A program made the translations under genes and the position numbers. Below the pieces are notes generated by a model. That model had not been told where the DNA came from, made no database searches, and saw only the letters and a program-made list of their open reading frames with translations. Below are positions 1 to 10,682 of a stretch of 64,000 nucleotides of DNA, piece by piece. Within the stretch, counting starts at the first letter, position 1. Each line of letters starts with the position of its first letter. Where the stretch lies: the NCBI GenBank assembly GCA_019358915.1, contig JAHHIM010000073.1, positions 256,001-320,000 on the forward strand. Direction: 5' to 3'. This DNA is from Trichormus sp. ATA11-4-KO1. Lineage in GTDB: Bacteria; Cyanobacteriota; Cyanobacteriia; Cyanobacteriales; Nostocaceae.

Positions 1-14
1 ACCAAAAAACAAAT

Positions 15-1217
15 ATGTCAGATAAAACTTCAACTCAAAAATCACCCAGATTAAAACTAGATAAAATTGCCATCATCGGTGCCGGCCCTGGTGGTTTAGC
101 TGCTGCCATAGCATTGCAAAACATAGGGTTTAACGTGCAAGTATACGAAAAAGCCAAAGAATTTCGCCCGGCTGGTACAGGTTTAGGATTAGCTCCCAAC
201 GGCTTAAACTGCCTAGAGGCGATCGCACCGGGAATAGTTGCAGCACTTAAAAGTTCAGGATGCCAAGTTAACCAAACAGTTTTAAAAAATATTCATGGCG
301 AAACTATTCGAGCTAATACAAGCCAGTTTTTAGAGAAATATGGACAACCATTACTAACTGTTTGGTGGTGGCGCTTGCAGCAAACTCTAGCATCCCGATT
401 ACCATCTGACATCATCCACCTCAATCATCATTGCATCGGCTTTAAACAAAATGACAATGGTGTAGAAATCTATTTTGATGGTGGTAAAACAGTATATGCA
501 GATTTGCTCATCGGTGCTGATGGCGTTAACTCAGTAATCAGAGAAACTTTAACTGGAGAAGGTAAACCAAAATATATAGGTAGTATGTGTTGGCGTGCCG
601 TCATCGAATATCATCATGAATTATTTAATTCCCACGATTTAATTTTTATCCAAGGCAATCAACAATTCATGTATCTGCTGAATGTGGGTAAGGGATATAC
701 CAGTTGGATTACTCGCAAGTTATCGCCTAATTACTCTCTTTCTCAGACTGCTGATGAAGTCAAGTCTCGCATCCTTGATGAATTAACTGGCTGGGCAGAA
801 ACTTTTCGGACAGTTGTAGCCGCGACACCAGCCGAGCAAATTTGGGAAGGGCCGATTTGCGATCGCCCACCATTAAATTCTTGGAGCCAAAGCAGAGTCA
901 CCCTTTTAGGCGATGCTGCTCATCCCATGGCACCGGCGATGGGACAGGGAGCCAATACCACTTTTGAAGATGCATATGAATTACAAGCATCTTTTTCTCG
1001 CGCATCTAGTTTGACAGCAGCGCTAACTAGCTATGAAAAGAGCCGCATAGAGCGTACACAAATCATCCAAACCCGTAGTGCTGTAAGTGAAATGCGCTAC
1101 TACGAACCCAACAGGCAAACAACGAATAACGATGATTTTCAGAATTGGCTTTATGGGTACAAGCCATCGGTAGATAGAAAGGGAACAGGTGACAGTATGG
1201 GAATACAAGGTATTTAA
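15..1217 (+). CDS. FAD-dependent monooxygenase (salicylate hydroxylase/zeaxanthin epoxidase-like)
   Basis: GAGPGG Rossmann motif, ADLLIGADG and LLGDAAH FAD motifs, GQGAN. Confidence 0.9.
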   Translation: MSDKTSTQKSPRLKLDKIAIIGAGPGGLAAAIALQNIGFNVQVYEKAKEFRPAGTGLGLAPNGLNCLEAIAPGIVAALKSSGCQVNQTVLKNIHGETIRANTSQFLEKYGQPLLTVWWWRLQQTLASRLPSDIIHLNHHCIGFKQNDNGVEIYFDGGKTVYADLLIGADGVNSVIRETLTGEGKPKYIGSMCWRAVIEYHHELFNSHDLIFIQGNQQFMYLLNVGKGYTSWITRKLSPNYSLSQTADEVKSRILDELTGWAETFRTVVAATPAEQIWEGPICDRPPLNSWSQSRVTLLGDAAHPMAPAMGQGANTTFEDAYELQASFSRASSLTAALTSYEKSRIERTQIIQTRSAVSEMRYYEPNRQTTNNDDFQNWLYGYKPSVDRKGTGDSMGIQGI

Positions 1218-1226
1218 TGGCATGAC

Positions 1227-1357
1227 TAAGTAGGTAGGCACAAATAAAATCAACTATGTAAAGAAAAATGAATCAGCTTAAAACCCTCTTCCCTTCTGCC
1301 TCCTGCCTTCTGCCTTCTGCCTTATCCTAGCGATAAATTTTCTCACCCACCTACTTA
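1227..1357. mobile_element. 131-bp MITE family A, copy 1 (TA-flanked)
   Basis: Ends TAAGTAGGTAGG...CCCACCTACTTA form imperfect TIRs; internal (CTGCCTT)n; differs from copies 2 and 3 by one base. Confidence 0.9.
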
Positions 1358-1437
1358 AGGGGCAAGTTTTGACCTTTAAGCTGCTACATCTAGCCTACCT
1401 TTTTTTAGCAACGCAACTATCAGATAAGGGTTCATGA

Positions 1438-2064
1438 ATGAATAAATTAATTAATGAAACACGAGTGATTTTAATTGGCGGCTCCTCTCATGCAGGCAAA
1501 TCGACCCTTGGCCGAGCTTTAGCGGCAAAGCTTGGTTGGAGTTATCGTTCTACGGACAAACTCGCTCGGCATCCCGGACGTCCTTGGGTAGGTGCAAATG
1601 GAAAGGCTATTCCAGCACACGTAATGGAATATTATAGGAAGCTGTCTGTTGAAGCTCTTTTTTTAGACGTATTGTCGCATTATGAGAAAAATGTGGTGCC
1701 ACAGGTCGAGGTTATTGTTCATTCTCATGCCTCTGATTTATCAACGGAATGCCTCACATTTGAAGGATCTGCGTTATGGCCAGGATTTGTAGCGAATTTA
1801 GTTGGCGAAAATGGTGTTAAAGCAATTTGGCTAACGGCTAGGGAGCAACTCTTCCGAAACCGAATTTTTAGTGAAAGTAATTTTTGTCATGTATGTAAGG
1901 ATGAAAAACACTTAATTCAAAAGTTTCTAGACCGTACCCTACTCTACAATAAACATATGAGGGAAGAGGTTGAGCGTCTAGGATTTATGTGTATTGATGT
2001 AGAATCTATTGCAACAGCAGACGAACTTTCAAAGAAATGTATGGAATTGATGGAGGCTTCGTAA
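1438..2064 (+). CDS. P-loop kinase (2-phosphoglycerate kinase-like)
   Basis: N-terminal ILIGGSSHAGKST Walker A. Confidence 0.75.
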   Translation: MNKLINETRVILIGGSSHAGKSTLGRALAAKLGWSYRSTDKLARHPGRPWVGANGKAIPAHVMEYYRKLSVEALFLDVLSHYEKNVVPQVEVIVHSHASDLSTECLTFEGSALWPGFVANLVGENGVKAIWLTAREQLFRNRIFSESNFCHVCKDEKHLIQKFLDRTLLYNKHMREEVERLGFMCIDVESIATADELSKKCMELMEAS

Positions 2065-2122
2065 ATGGGTAGTGTTGACGATGTTTGTGCCTATCTACGT
2101 TTCTTCATAAGGAAAGCCATAT

Positions 2123-2530
2123 ATGAAATTATCCTTAATCACAGCAACACATAAAAGACCAAATCAATTACAACAAATTTTACTTCCTAGTATTCTGGCA
2201 CAAACAAGCCATGACTTTGAATGGATTGTGATCAATGATGGTAGCGAGCAAGAAACTAAAGAAATTATTACCTCAATCAACTCGAATATAGAAATTAAAT
2301 ATTGGGAAACACCACACATAGGATTATGTGCATCTAGAAATTTAGGGTTAGAAAAGGCAATAGGTAAACTTGTAGGATTCATTGATAACGAATTAGAATA
2401 TATTTGGAAAAATAGATTTGAATATAAAATATTCGCAATTGTTGAACCAACTACATGGCTACCTGAAAAAATAGAAAAGTTAAAGATAAAAATTAAAAAT
2501 AATGAAAAATTAGCGGGCTTTTTAATTTAA
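2123..2530 (+). pseudogene. Truncated glycosyltransferase family 2 (N-terminal part only)
   Basis: SLITATHKRP, FEWIVINDGS, SRNLGL motifs; similarity ends at VGFID where the DxD motif is expected; very AT-rich. Confidence 0.6.
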
Positions 2531-2550
2531 ACAATTAAGCTTAAAGTCTA

Positions 2551-2578
2551 CATTCCCAGACAGTAGCCTGGGAACGAG
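2551..2578. repeat. Short palindromic dispersed repeat / possible terminator
   Basis: CATTCCCAGACAGTAGCCTGGGAACGAG stem (TTCCCAG/CTGGGAA) between convergent genes. Confidence 0.5.
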
Positions 2579-2594
2579 AGAGTTCAGGGCTTAG

Positions 2595-4247
2595 TTACCC
2601 TTTACCTTTAAAAGAATCAAGCCAACCTTGAACTTGTTCACGGGCGATATCACGACTACCGAGGCCAAAAGATAGGGCAATAGCCACAGCGATCGCACCT
2701 AGCAAAAGTCCAAAGGCTAAATTCACAATGTCACTAGCAACGCCAATTTGTTGCAACGCCATTGCTGAAACTAGGGCAATGATTGAGATCCGCGCTACCT
2801 GGCCCAAAATGCGGGCTTGGCGCTCGCCGGAACTGGTAATGAGGTGAAACGCCAAATTTGCTAAGAATAAACCAATGGCAAATACAATCATTCCTGCCAA
2901 AATTCGCCCCAAGACTACGAGGATGCCTGTTACCAATGCTGTCAAAGCAGGAATATTGAGAATATTCACTGCTGCAACTGTGGCAAACAGCATAATCCCA
3001 ACTAAGGCGATAATACCTGCAAATTCTGATGGCGTGCGGACTGGTGGTCTTGGTGCTGTTTCGTCTTGGGGAACCGCAGTTACCCTGGTCAGTGATGGTA
3101 GACCCAGTACTGTGAAAATGTTGTTAAAGCCTAAACTAGTGAGAATACTAGTGACTAGATCCGCGACAAACCTACCTAAGAAGAAGGCCACAATTAAAAT
3201 TGCAACAGCTGTAAAGATGGCAGGTAATGTATTGAGTATCTGTTGCAACATGGCGATCGCAGGCACAGATATTGCATCAATTCTCAAGGCATTGAGTGCG
3301 GCGATCGCTACAGGAATCAAAATCAAAATATAGACGATGGTGCCTATAATAATCGATAAAGATTGCACTCCTGAAGATGAGGAAAGTCCCAAACGACTTC
3401 CTAAATGATCCATGCCAGTGCTGGCTAGTAAGTTGGTCACAATCCGCCGCACTACATTAGCTATAAACCAACCAACTGTAGCAATTAACGTCGCCGCTAG
3501 AATGTTGGGCAGAATTGACAGAATATCTGTAATCAGACCTTGTACTGGTAGTAGTGCCTGTCTGAGCGCCAGAGTATCCAAAACAGGTACGAGAAATAGT
3601 AAGAAGATAAACCAATACAGAGCATTACCAATTGTCTCACTCAAAGATAATCGGTTGAGATTGAGTGTATCGTCTTGCGCTTCTTGATTCAAACGCTCAT
3701 CTAATCTCAGCGCTTGTAATCCGCGTACTGTCACCAGTTTGACAATGGTTGCTAATAACCAAGCGACTCCTAAAAGGATTCCTGCACCAACCAACTTAGG
3801 CAAAAAGCCAATGAGTTGGTCAAGAAAATTATTCAGGGGTCGAGAAGCTACCTCCAGTTCCAGGGTCTGTAAAACAGCTACTACTGTGATTAAAATAATG
3901 CTCCAGAAAACTAACCCAGAGATTAATTTCTCTACCTGAGGAACGTCCCCAGAACCCGTTACCCCTGCGGCAATCCGGTTATCTATCTTGGTGCGATTCA
4001 GGATTCCTTTAGTGACCGCGGCCGCGATCGCCGCAATCAGCCAACCAACTAATAACAGTGCCGCCGCCCCCAATAAACGCGGGGTAAAGGCAATCACCTG
4101 TTGGACAATTCCTTGTACTTCAGCGATGCCTTCATTCACTCTTTGTTGATCTAGTGGTAGACTTGGCGATTGTGCCAAAAAATGCTGTACCCTCATCGAC
4201 AAACCACTGTCTATCAACTGGGTTATTCCTTGCCAAGTTGTGTGCAT
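2595..4247 (-). CDS. Mechanosensitive-channel-like protein with repeated conserved TM-helix modules
   Basis: Four repeats of (L/F)P(R/K/N)LxxAxxILxVGW; C-terminal AFGLLLGAIAVAIALSFGLGSRD. Confidence 0.8.
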   Translation of the reverse strand: MHTTWQGITQLIDSGLSMRVQHFLAQSPSLPLDQQRVNEGIAEVQGIVQQVIAFTPRLLGAAALLLVGWLIAAIAAAVTKGILNRTKIDNRIAAGVTGSGDVPQVEKLISGLVFWSIILITVVAVLQTLELEVASRPLNNFLDQLIGFLPKLVGAGILLGVAWLLATIVKLVTVRGLQALRLDERLNQEAQDDTLNLNRLSLSETIGNALYWFIFLLFLVPVLDTLALRQALLPVQGLITDILSILPNILAATLIATVGWFIANVVRRIVTNLLASTGMDHLGSRLGLSSSSGVQSLSIIIGTIVYILILIPVAIAALNALRIDAISVPAIAMLQQILNTLPAIFTAVAILIVAFFLGRFVADLVTSILTSLGFNNIFTVLGLPSLTRVTAVPQDETAPRPPVRTPSEFAGIIALVGIMLFATVAAVNILNIPALTALVTGILVVLGRILAGMIVFAIGLFLANLAFHLITSSGERQARILGQVARISIIALVSAMALQQIGVASDIVNLAFGLLLGAIAVAIALSFGLGSRDIAREQVQGWLDSFKGKG

Positions 4248-4540
4248 GGTTTTCCGGTATTAAGGTGAGATGTTTGCTAAAAACACTTGTGATACTTATG
4301 GTTTGGCTGGATATGAAACAATCCTGTATCCCAGTAAGTTCACTAGTATTTTGCCTATCAATTTACCAGTAAATTGGCAGCAAACTCATATATGCAGTTA
4401 ATATCAATGATATTTTTTTTACTTTGTTATTTATTTTCTCGTTTTGTCAACGAATAACGCCAAACATATATATTTGTTGCAGCAATCCAGTGATTGATTT
4501 TGCGTTACTCTAGGTGCAGCAACAGCATAAAAAATGTGGA

Positions 4541-4990
4541 ATGTCCCAAGTTTTTACCCAATCGATTCAAATTAATGCCACAGCCACAGTGGTAGAGCGC
4601 TGCATTACCGACTTAACACTCATGCACCGTTGGCTGAATCCTGCCCTATGTTGCGAACCTGTGGGCGAAACTTGGAGTACTGATGTTGGTAGTCAAAGTC
4701 GGTTTGTCATTCAAATTCCTTTACTTAAACCCAGCCTAAATAGCGTTGTTGTAGAACGGCGACCGGGTTTAGTTGTTTGGGAATTTCAAGGATTTTTCCG
4801 AGGACGCGATCGCTGGGAATGTCAACCGTTAGCACAGGGAACCCTCCTACTCAACCGCTTTGAATTCGATATTCCCAACCCCATAGTCAGTTGGGGGTTC
4901 AAAAATTTCGCCGCCTCTTGGACTCAAGAAGATATGCAAGCTCAACTGCGTCGCCTCAAGCAAGTTGCAGAACAAGTACAAATTAATTAA
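4541..4990 (+). CDS. SRPBCC (polyketide cyclase/START-like) family protein
   Basis: QSIQINATATVVERCITD...HRWLNP; C-terminal DMQAQLRRLK helix; ATG 4541 preferred over GTG 4514. Confidence 0.8.
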   Translation: MSQVFTQSIQINATATVVERCITDLTLMHRWLNPALCCEPVGETWSTDVGSQSRFVIQIPLLKPSLNSVVVERRPGLVVWEFQGFFRGRDRWECQPLAQGTLLLNRFEFDIPNPIVSWGFKNFAASWTQEDMQAQLRRLKQVAEQVQIN

Positions 4991-5014
4991 GGTAATTCTT
5001 AATTCTGATCTCCT

Positions 5015-5833
5015 TCATTTCCCTAACTCAGCCAATAACCGCCGAATCACTACGGCATCTTCAGCATCCGGAACCTTTGCTAGATAATTTTCCAAGTCAT
5101 CAGCCGCTTGGGAATATTGACCAAGTTGATAGTAAAGTAAACCGCGATCGCGAACTTCTAAAATTACCTCAGGAAACAGCAGTACAAGTCTTTCAACCGC
5201 AGCTAAAGTTTTTTCTAACTTTTGTTGTTTGAGATAAATATATTTCAAATTCGTCAAGATTCTTGCTAAAAATTGTCGATTAGTTACCGGAGCTAAAAAG
5301 TCTGGTTGTAAACTCACAGGTTGCTGAAACATTTGAGATAATTGGTCTTCACAATCTTGGGCAAACATCACTTCACCGCGATTAAAAGCATCCACAAAAA
5401 TTTCCATATCTGGAATATCTGGGCGAATCAGGAAATGCCCTGGCATCCCCACCCCCACCATAGGAAAGTCAATTCTGCGAGCAATTTCCAGGTAAACCAG
5501 TGCCAAAGTAATAGGAATCCCCATGCGACGGTCAATCACATCATTTAAAAAGCTATTACAGGGGTCGTAGTAGTCTGTTTGATTACCAGCAAATCCTAAA
5601 TCAACGTAGAGATACTGGTTGAGAGTTTGAATCAGCCGCAAAGGATATCGTGAAGCAGGCAAGCATTCTTGAACTTCATCTGCCATTGTGTCCAGAGCGT
5701 TGAGATATTCCGCAGTATCAAGGTCAGGATATTCTTCCTGAGCAATATACAAAGCTGCCTTTGCTAGGTCAATCTGCTCGTCAGGTTGTTGAATTTCCTG
5801 GTAAAAATATAATCGTGCTGACGAGAAATTCAT
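5015..5833 (-). CDS. SirB1 / transglutaminase-like protein with C-terminal TPR
   Basis: YYDPCNSFLNDVIDRRMGIPITL, GVGMPGHFL, RDRGLLYYQLG. Confidence 0.9.
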   Translation of the reverse strand: MNFSSARLYFYQEIQQPDEQIDLAKAALYIAQEEYPDLDTAEYLNALDTMADEVQECLPASRYPLRLIQTLNQYLYVDLGFAGNQTDYYDPCNSFLNDVIDRRMGIPITLALVYLEIARRIDFPMVGVGMPGHFLIRPDIPDMEIFVDAFNRGEVMFAQDCEDQLSQMFQQPVSLQPDFLAPVTNRQFLARILTNLKYIYLKQQKLEKTLAAVERLVLLFPEVILEVRDRGLLYYQLGQYSQAADDLENYLAKVPDAEDAVVIRRLLAELGK

Positions 5834-6008
5834 AAGTAAATCCTGGGTGGAGGTATATGGAATGAACAGAAGCGATTAAAGCTAAATTTATAATGTATTT
5901 TTTTATAAGTACATATATAAACTTTAGCTAACAAATAAATTAATCATTAACCTACATAGATAGATATACAAATAAAAAAAATACGGTAAACCTAACTCAT
6001 AACTGAAA

Positions 6009-6112
6009 GGGCATTGGGCATACACAAGAGGCAGAAGGGCAGAAGAGTTAGGGAAATTATACTTAGTAATTTCCCTAACTCCCCACTCCCCACCTTCCCC
6101 ACTTCCCATTCC
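6009..6112. repeat. STRR-type heptamer tandem cluster
   Basis: GGGCATTGGGCAT, GGCAGAAGGGCAGAAG, CCCCACT/CCCCACC/CCCATTC runs. Confidence 0.7.
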
Positions 6113-6185
6113 CGGAATTTGCTAGAGTTAACTCACCAGGATTTTTCGGTCAAATCTCTGATAACGCCAGCAGACGAGGCTATCC

Positions 6186-7658
6186 ATGCTTACAAGTACG
6201 CTACTTCTCTCGAACCAAATCCCCACCCTACAATACTCCTCTACACCAGAGCGATTCGATGAAACCTGGGAAGCCCCCCTGGCTACCCTCTTAGGATTAG
6301 GACGCGCCGCCGGCGCTGACTTCATCGAATTATTCTTAGAACGTCGCAATTACATCAGTTGTCTTGCAGAAGACGACGCTATTACCAGTATTTCACCCAG
6401 TCTAGCCACAGGTGCGGGAGTCAGAGTATTTCGCGGCAAAGCCGACTGCTACGTCAGCACCAACGACCTTTCGTTTTCTGGTTTGAAAGCAGCCTTAGAA
6501 AAAGGTCTATCTATTCTCGGATTACATCTACCTATACCTAACGCTTTTATCCCAGAAATCAACCTAGAATTACTCAGAGACTACGCCACAAAAAGAGGTA
6601 AAGATGCGTGGTTACCTGTGTGTAGTTCCATCCGGGAAATGGGAGAAGTCCTCCTTGATGGTACAGCCCAACTCCAGCGCAAGGCTAGCCATGTGCAATC
6701 CCGCCGGGCTTCTTATTTCCGGGATTGGCAAGAAGTATTAGTTGCTGCCAGTGATGGCACATTTGCTCGTGATATTCGCCTCACTCAATCGGTAGGCTTT
6801 AACCTCTTGTGTGCTGATGGTGCTAATCGCGCCTCCATCGGTGAACGCGCTGGTAACACTAGTGATGCTAACTTCCTGAGAACTTGGGATTATCAACAAG
6901 CATCTGAGCAAATTGCCGAATCTGCCGGGAAAATGCTCTATGCAGATTATGTCGAATCAGGCACTTACCCCATCATCATGGCAAATCACTTCGGTGGAGT
7001 CATTTTCCATGAAGCTTGCGGACACCTACTAGAAACAACTCAAATTGAACGCAAAACTACTCCCTTTGCAGACAAAAAAGGCGAAAAAATTGCCCATGAA
7101 AGTCTGACAGCCTGGGATGAAGGACGAGCAGAAAATGCCTTCGGTACAATTGATATGGACGACGAAGGTATGCCTGCTCAAAGAACACTATTAATAGAAA
7201 AAGGTGTTCTGAAAAACTTCTTAGCAGACAGAACAGGTTCTTCTCGCACCGGACATCCTAGAACTGGGAGTGGCCGCCGCCAGAATTATACTTTTGCCGC
7301 AGCTAGCCGGATGCGGAACACTTATATTGCTCCTGGCGAATACAGCATTGATGATTTATTTAACTCTGTTGATAAAGGCATTTACTGTAAGAAAATGGGT
7401 GGCGGTAGCGTTGGCGCTACAGGTCAATTTAACTTTGGTGTAGATGAAGCTTATTTGATTGAAAACGGCAAAATTACTAAACCGCTCAAGGGTGCCATCC
7501 TCATCGGCGAAGCTAAGGAAATTATGAACAAAATTTCCATGTGTTCCCAAGATTTGGAACTTGCGCCTGGGTTCTGTGGTTCCGTCAGTGGCAGTATCTA
7601 CACTACAGTAGGACAGCCCCACATCAAAGTTGATTCTATTACCGTAGGCGGACGATAA
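6186..7658 (+). CDS. tldD: TldD metalloprotease subunit
   Basis: HEACGHLLE metal motif, [12 protein letters not shown], terminal [15 protein letters not shown]. Confidence 0.93.
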   Translation: MLTSTLLLSNQIPTLQYSSTPERFDETWEAPLATLLGLGRAAGADFIELFLERRNYISCLAEDDAITSISPSLATGAGVRVFRGKADCYVSTNDLSFSGLKAALEKGLSILGLHLPIPNAFIPEINLELLRDYATKRGKDAWLPVCSSIREMGEVLLDGTAQLQRKASHVQSRRASYFRDWQEVLVAASDGTFARDIRLTQSVGFNLLCADGANRASIGERAGNTSDANFLRTWDYQQASEQIAESAGKMLYADYVESGTYPIIMANHFGGVIFHEACGHLLETTQIERKTTPFADKKGEKIAHESLTAWDEGRAENAFGTIDMDDEGMPAQRTLLIEKGVLKNFLADRTGSSRTGHPRTGSGRRQNYTFAAASRMRNTYIAPGEYSIDDLFNSVDKGIYCKKMGGGSVGATGQFNFGVDEAYLIENGKITKPLKGAILIGEAKEIMNKISMCSQDLELAPGFCGSVSGSIYTTVGQPHIKVDSITVGGR

Positions 7659-7664
7659 AGAGTT

Positions 7665-7745
7665 CTTCGTGTCTTGGTGTCTTTGTGGTTTATCACTACG
7701 AAGACACAAAGTCACCAAGGAAATCCAAAATCCAAAATCCAAAAT
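7665..7745. repeat. Inverted pair of AACCNCNAAG-type repeats followed by (AATCCAA)n STRR
   Basis: CTTCGTGTCTTGGTGTCTTTGTGGTTT / ACTACGAAGACACAAAGTCACCAAG then AAATCCAAAATCCAAAATCCAAAAT. Confidence 0.7.
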
Positions 7746-7750
7746 TGACT

Positions 7751-9091
7751 ATGCCGAATATCACAGAAATTGCGAATAATGCCAAGGAAAATGCTAGTAA
7801 ACTTGGGATTAAGAAATTTGACATTTATGGCTCAACAATAGATGAAACTAGTGTCCAAGTAGATCAAGGTGAGCCGAAACAAGTTAAGGCTTCTAATCGC
7901 TCTGGGGTGACTGTTCGTGTCTGGAATGAAGACAATACAATGGGTGTTACCAGCACAACAGATGTAGATCCCCAGGGACTAGAATTAGCTTTAAAAACTG
8001 CCTACGAAGCTAGTTTTTTTGGTGTTAAGGAAAATGTTCCTGATTTTAGTCCAGAAGCAACTATGCCTATCCCCAATACACCTCAAGAAAAAGCACCCCA
8101 AGCACCTGTTTCTGAACTCATAAATAGTCTCCTTGGCGCTGAAAAAGAACTTTTAGCGGCGCATCAGGCCATCAAAGGAGTACCATATAATGGTTTAGCT
8201 CAAAGAGATATTGATAGATTCTATCTCAATAGCGATGGTGCAACCAGAATTGAATCTCATTCTTTAGCGTCGATTTATCTTTACAGCAAAACCGAAGAAG
8301 ACGGAAAAAAACCGCGTAGTGGTAGCGCTTTTAGAATTAACCGGAGTTTAAATAATTTAGATATTAATGGTTGTATTCAGGAAACAGCAGAAAAAACTAT
8401 CAGTCACTTGAATTATGAAAAAATCAAGTCTGGTAAATATCGAGTTGTTTTCTCTCCTGATGCTTTTTTAAGTTTGTTGGGTGCTTTTTCTAACTTATTT
8501 AATGCTCAAAGTATTTTGGATCATCAAAGTTTATCTAATCCTGAGGATTTAGGAAAGCAAATTGCTTCACCTCTGCTTTCAGTTTATGATGATGCACTGC
8601 ACCCTGCTAACGTGGCGGCGGAAACTTTTGATGGTGAAGGAACTCCTACTCGTCAGGTTTCACTGATTGAAAATGGCATTTTAAAAGGATTTCTACACAG
8701 TGCAGGAACTGCTAAAAGAATGAATGCTCAGCCAACAGGTAATGCCAGTATTGGTGCAAAAGTTAGTGTTAGTCCCAACTTCTATCATGTTTTTGCAGCA
8801 AGCTCACCTGAGGAAGAGTTAAGCTTAGACACTGCTGAAAATGTGATTTTTATCGATGATTTACAAGCTCTCCATGCAGGAGTTAAATCTTTACAAGGCT
8901 CGTTTTCTTTACCTTTTGATGGTTGGCTAGTTAACAAAGGTGTCAGGACGAGCGTTGAGTCAGCAACTGTTGCTGGTGATTTCTTAGAACTCCTGAAGTC
9001 GATTATTTATGTGGAAAAAGAAGTAGAGCTAACTCCTGGTGGAGTATGTCCTAAAGTTTGGGTTGACCAACTCTCGATTACTGGTGAGTAA
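7751..9091 (+). CDS. pmbA: PmbA/TldE partner subunit
   Basis: FDGEGTPT, TGNA, GSFSLP; directly follows tldD; ATG 7751 (upstream ORF extension is repeat DNA). Confidence 0.9.
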   Translation: MPNITEIANNAKENASKLGIKKFDIYGSTIDETSVQVDQGEPKQVKASNRSGVTVRVWNEDNTMGVTSTTDVDPQGLELALKTAYEASFFGVKENVPDFSPEATMPIPNTPQEKAPQAPVSELINSLLGAEKELLAAHQAIKGVPYNGLAQRDIDRFYLNSDGATRIESHSLASIYLYSKTEEDGKKPRSGSAFRINRSLNNLDINGCIQETAEKTISHLNYEKIKSGKYRVVFSPDAFLSLLGAFSNLFNAQSILDHQSLSNPEDLGKQIASPLLSVYDDALHPANVAAETFDGEGTPTRQVSLIENGILKGFLHSAGTAKRMNAQPTGNASIGAKVSVSPNFYHVFAASSPEEELSLDTAENVIFIDDLQALHAGVKSLQGSFSLPFDGWLVNKGVRTSVESATVAGDFLELLKSIIYVEKEVELTPGGVCPKVWVDQLSITGE

Positions 9092-9129
9092 AATTTAAGA
9101 GTTAGGAGTGATTGATTAACTCTTAACTC

Positions 9130-9570
9130 TTATTCTTCACCGCCAACACCAAGATTGATATTAAATCCATCAGCACCATTTAAATTAGTACCAATCATCA
9201 CTGCACCATCTACTTGAGCATTATATAAGTGAGTATCGCTCAAGTCGGCATTCGTCAGATTAGCCTGGTTGAAGGTAGTACCACCAGCGAAAGCTTCTGA
9301 GAGATTAGCAGACATCAAATTAGCACCAGTTAAATCTGCGCCTTCTAAGTTAGCATGTTCTAAATTTGCACCTTTTAAATTTGCATTCCGTAAATCAACA
9401 CCAATTAGGTGAGCGCCTTTGAGGTTAGCATTTGTTAAATCACAGCCGTAACATTCTCTAGTCTCTAGTAACTGCTGTACCAGAGCAGATTTCTCGGTTG
9501 TAGCAGAAACAGGAGCAGCTAAAGATAGCGCACTGAATAACGCTGCTGCCGTTAAAAATATTGGTTTCAT
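9130..9570 (-). CDS. Secreted pentapeptide repeat protein
   Basis: Signal peptide, QLLETRECYGCDL, ANLxx repeats. Confidence 0.92.
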   Translation of the reverse strand: MKPIFLTAAALFSALSLAAPVSATTEKSALVQQLLETRECYGCDLTNANLKGAHLIGVDLRNANLKGANLEHANLEGADLTGANLMSANLSEAFAGGTTFNQANLTNADLSDTHLYNAQVDGAVMIGTNLNGADGFNINLGVGGEE

Positions 9571-10016
9571 ATTTATTCACCTGCGATACTTCTAAAAGTT
9601 AATTCAATAACTTCTATAGTTCCATTGTCCCAAATTATTGAATTTTGTCCTCTGGCGATCGGAGGAATTTACTGATTAAACTGGGTCAAAAACTAGATTC
9701 AGTATATTACCTGAGTTAGAGAAGCGATACCCAAAGTTGTATCTTATACCACCATCAAAAACTACTTGATATTTCTCACGTCAGGCTAATTGCAATGGTC
9801 ACCTAAAAGATCAATACTGTTTGATAAGGCTAAAACTCAATATTCCCGTAGTGGCGTGGCAAGCCTAAAATAGCAGAAATTGTCATGAGGTCATGCGGTA
9901 ACAAATAAACCTAATCGTAAAGTAATATTACAAAGCTTGCAAAAATATTGAGAAATTGTCGGTCAGCCACACATGGCTCTAACGTAGAACCTAATAGGAG
10001 AGACTTGAGGCAAATC

Positions 10017-10147
10017 TAAGTAGGTAGGCACAAATAAAATCAACTATGTAAAGAAAAATGAATCAGCTTAAAACCCTCTTCCCTTCTGCCTCCTGCCTTC
10101 TGCCTTCTGCCTTATCCTAGCGATAAATTTTCCCACCCACCTACTTA
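10017..10147. mobile_element. 131-bp MITE family A, copy 2
   Basis: Identical to copy 3; its terminal A is the A of the downstream ATG. Confidence 0.9.
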
Positions 10148-10467
10148 TGATGAACAAGAATAATATTCAAAAATATCGGTTTGTCTGTACCCTGACTTTT
10201 GGTGATATCTACGGTCAAATTATTGTTTGGTTGATTACAATTACTATCAGTTTGGCATCAGCCTTGGCTTTAATGGGTGCTAGACGACCAGTGTATGCTT
10301 TAGCAACGGTAGGTCTCGTCGTTCTCCTTTCGCTGCCTTTCTTGCTGTTTGCATTTGTCACTACATTGTTAAATCATATTGAAGTAATGCCTGTGGAATC
10401 AGGAACCAAGACCGAACCCATACCCGGTAATGTTTCCCAGCAACAACCAGTACAAGCAACTAGCTAG
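10147..10467 (+). CDS. Small cyanobacterial membrane protein (2 TM), function unknown
   Basis: YRFVCTLTFGDIYGQII followed by two hydrophobic helices; alternative ATG at 10150. Confidence 0.75.
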   Translation: MMNKNNIQKYRFVCTLTFGDIYGQIIVWLITITISLASALALMGARRPVYALATVGLVVLLSLPFLLFAFVTTLLNHIEVMPVESGTKTEPIPGNVSQQQPVQATS

Positions 10468-10682
10468 AAAATAGGGGACAGGGTAAGAGATTTTTCCAAT
10501 CGTGGCTAAATTTAAATTTTGAGATGAAGGCAACTTCATCAATATCCAAAATTAATATTTGAAGTGACATCCCTGTCGATGGCAGGGAATTTTTTTGTAC
10601 GCACTCAACGGCAGTCCAAGGTGCTGTCTGAGGAATTGCATTTCTACAATAGAACAGCAGCTTATTGCAGTTGGGGCTAATT

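Noticed and set aside
7685..7750. N-terminal extension of PmbA in the ORF track
   Set aside because: Translation of repeat DNA (SKIQNPK); ATG 7751 is the plausible start.
6186..9091. tldD/pmbA as part of a RiPP cluster
   Set aside because: No precursor peptide or modifying enzymes nearby; ordinary housekeeping pair.
9848..9875. GTAGTGGCGTGGCAAGCCTAAAAT as a MITE end
   Set aside because: No matching opposite end or second copy in this window.
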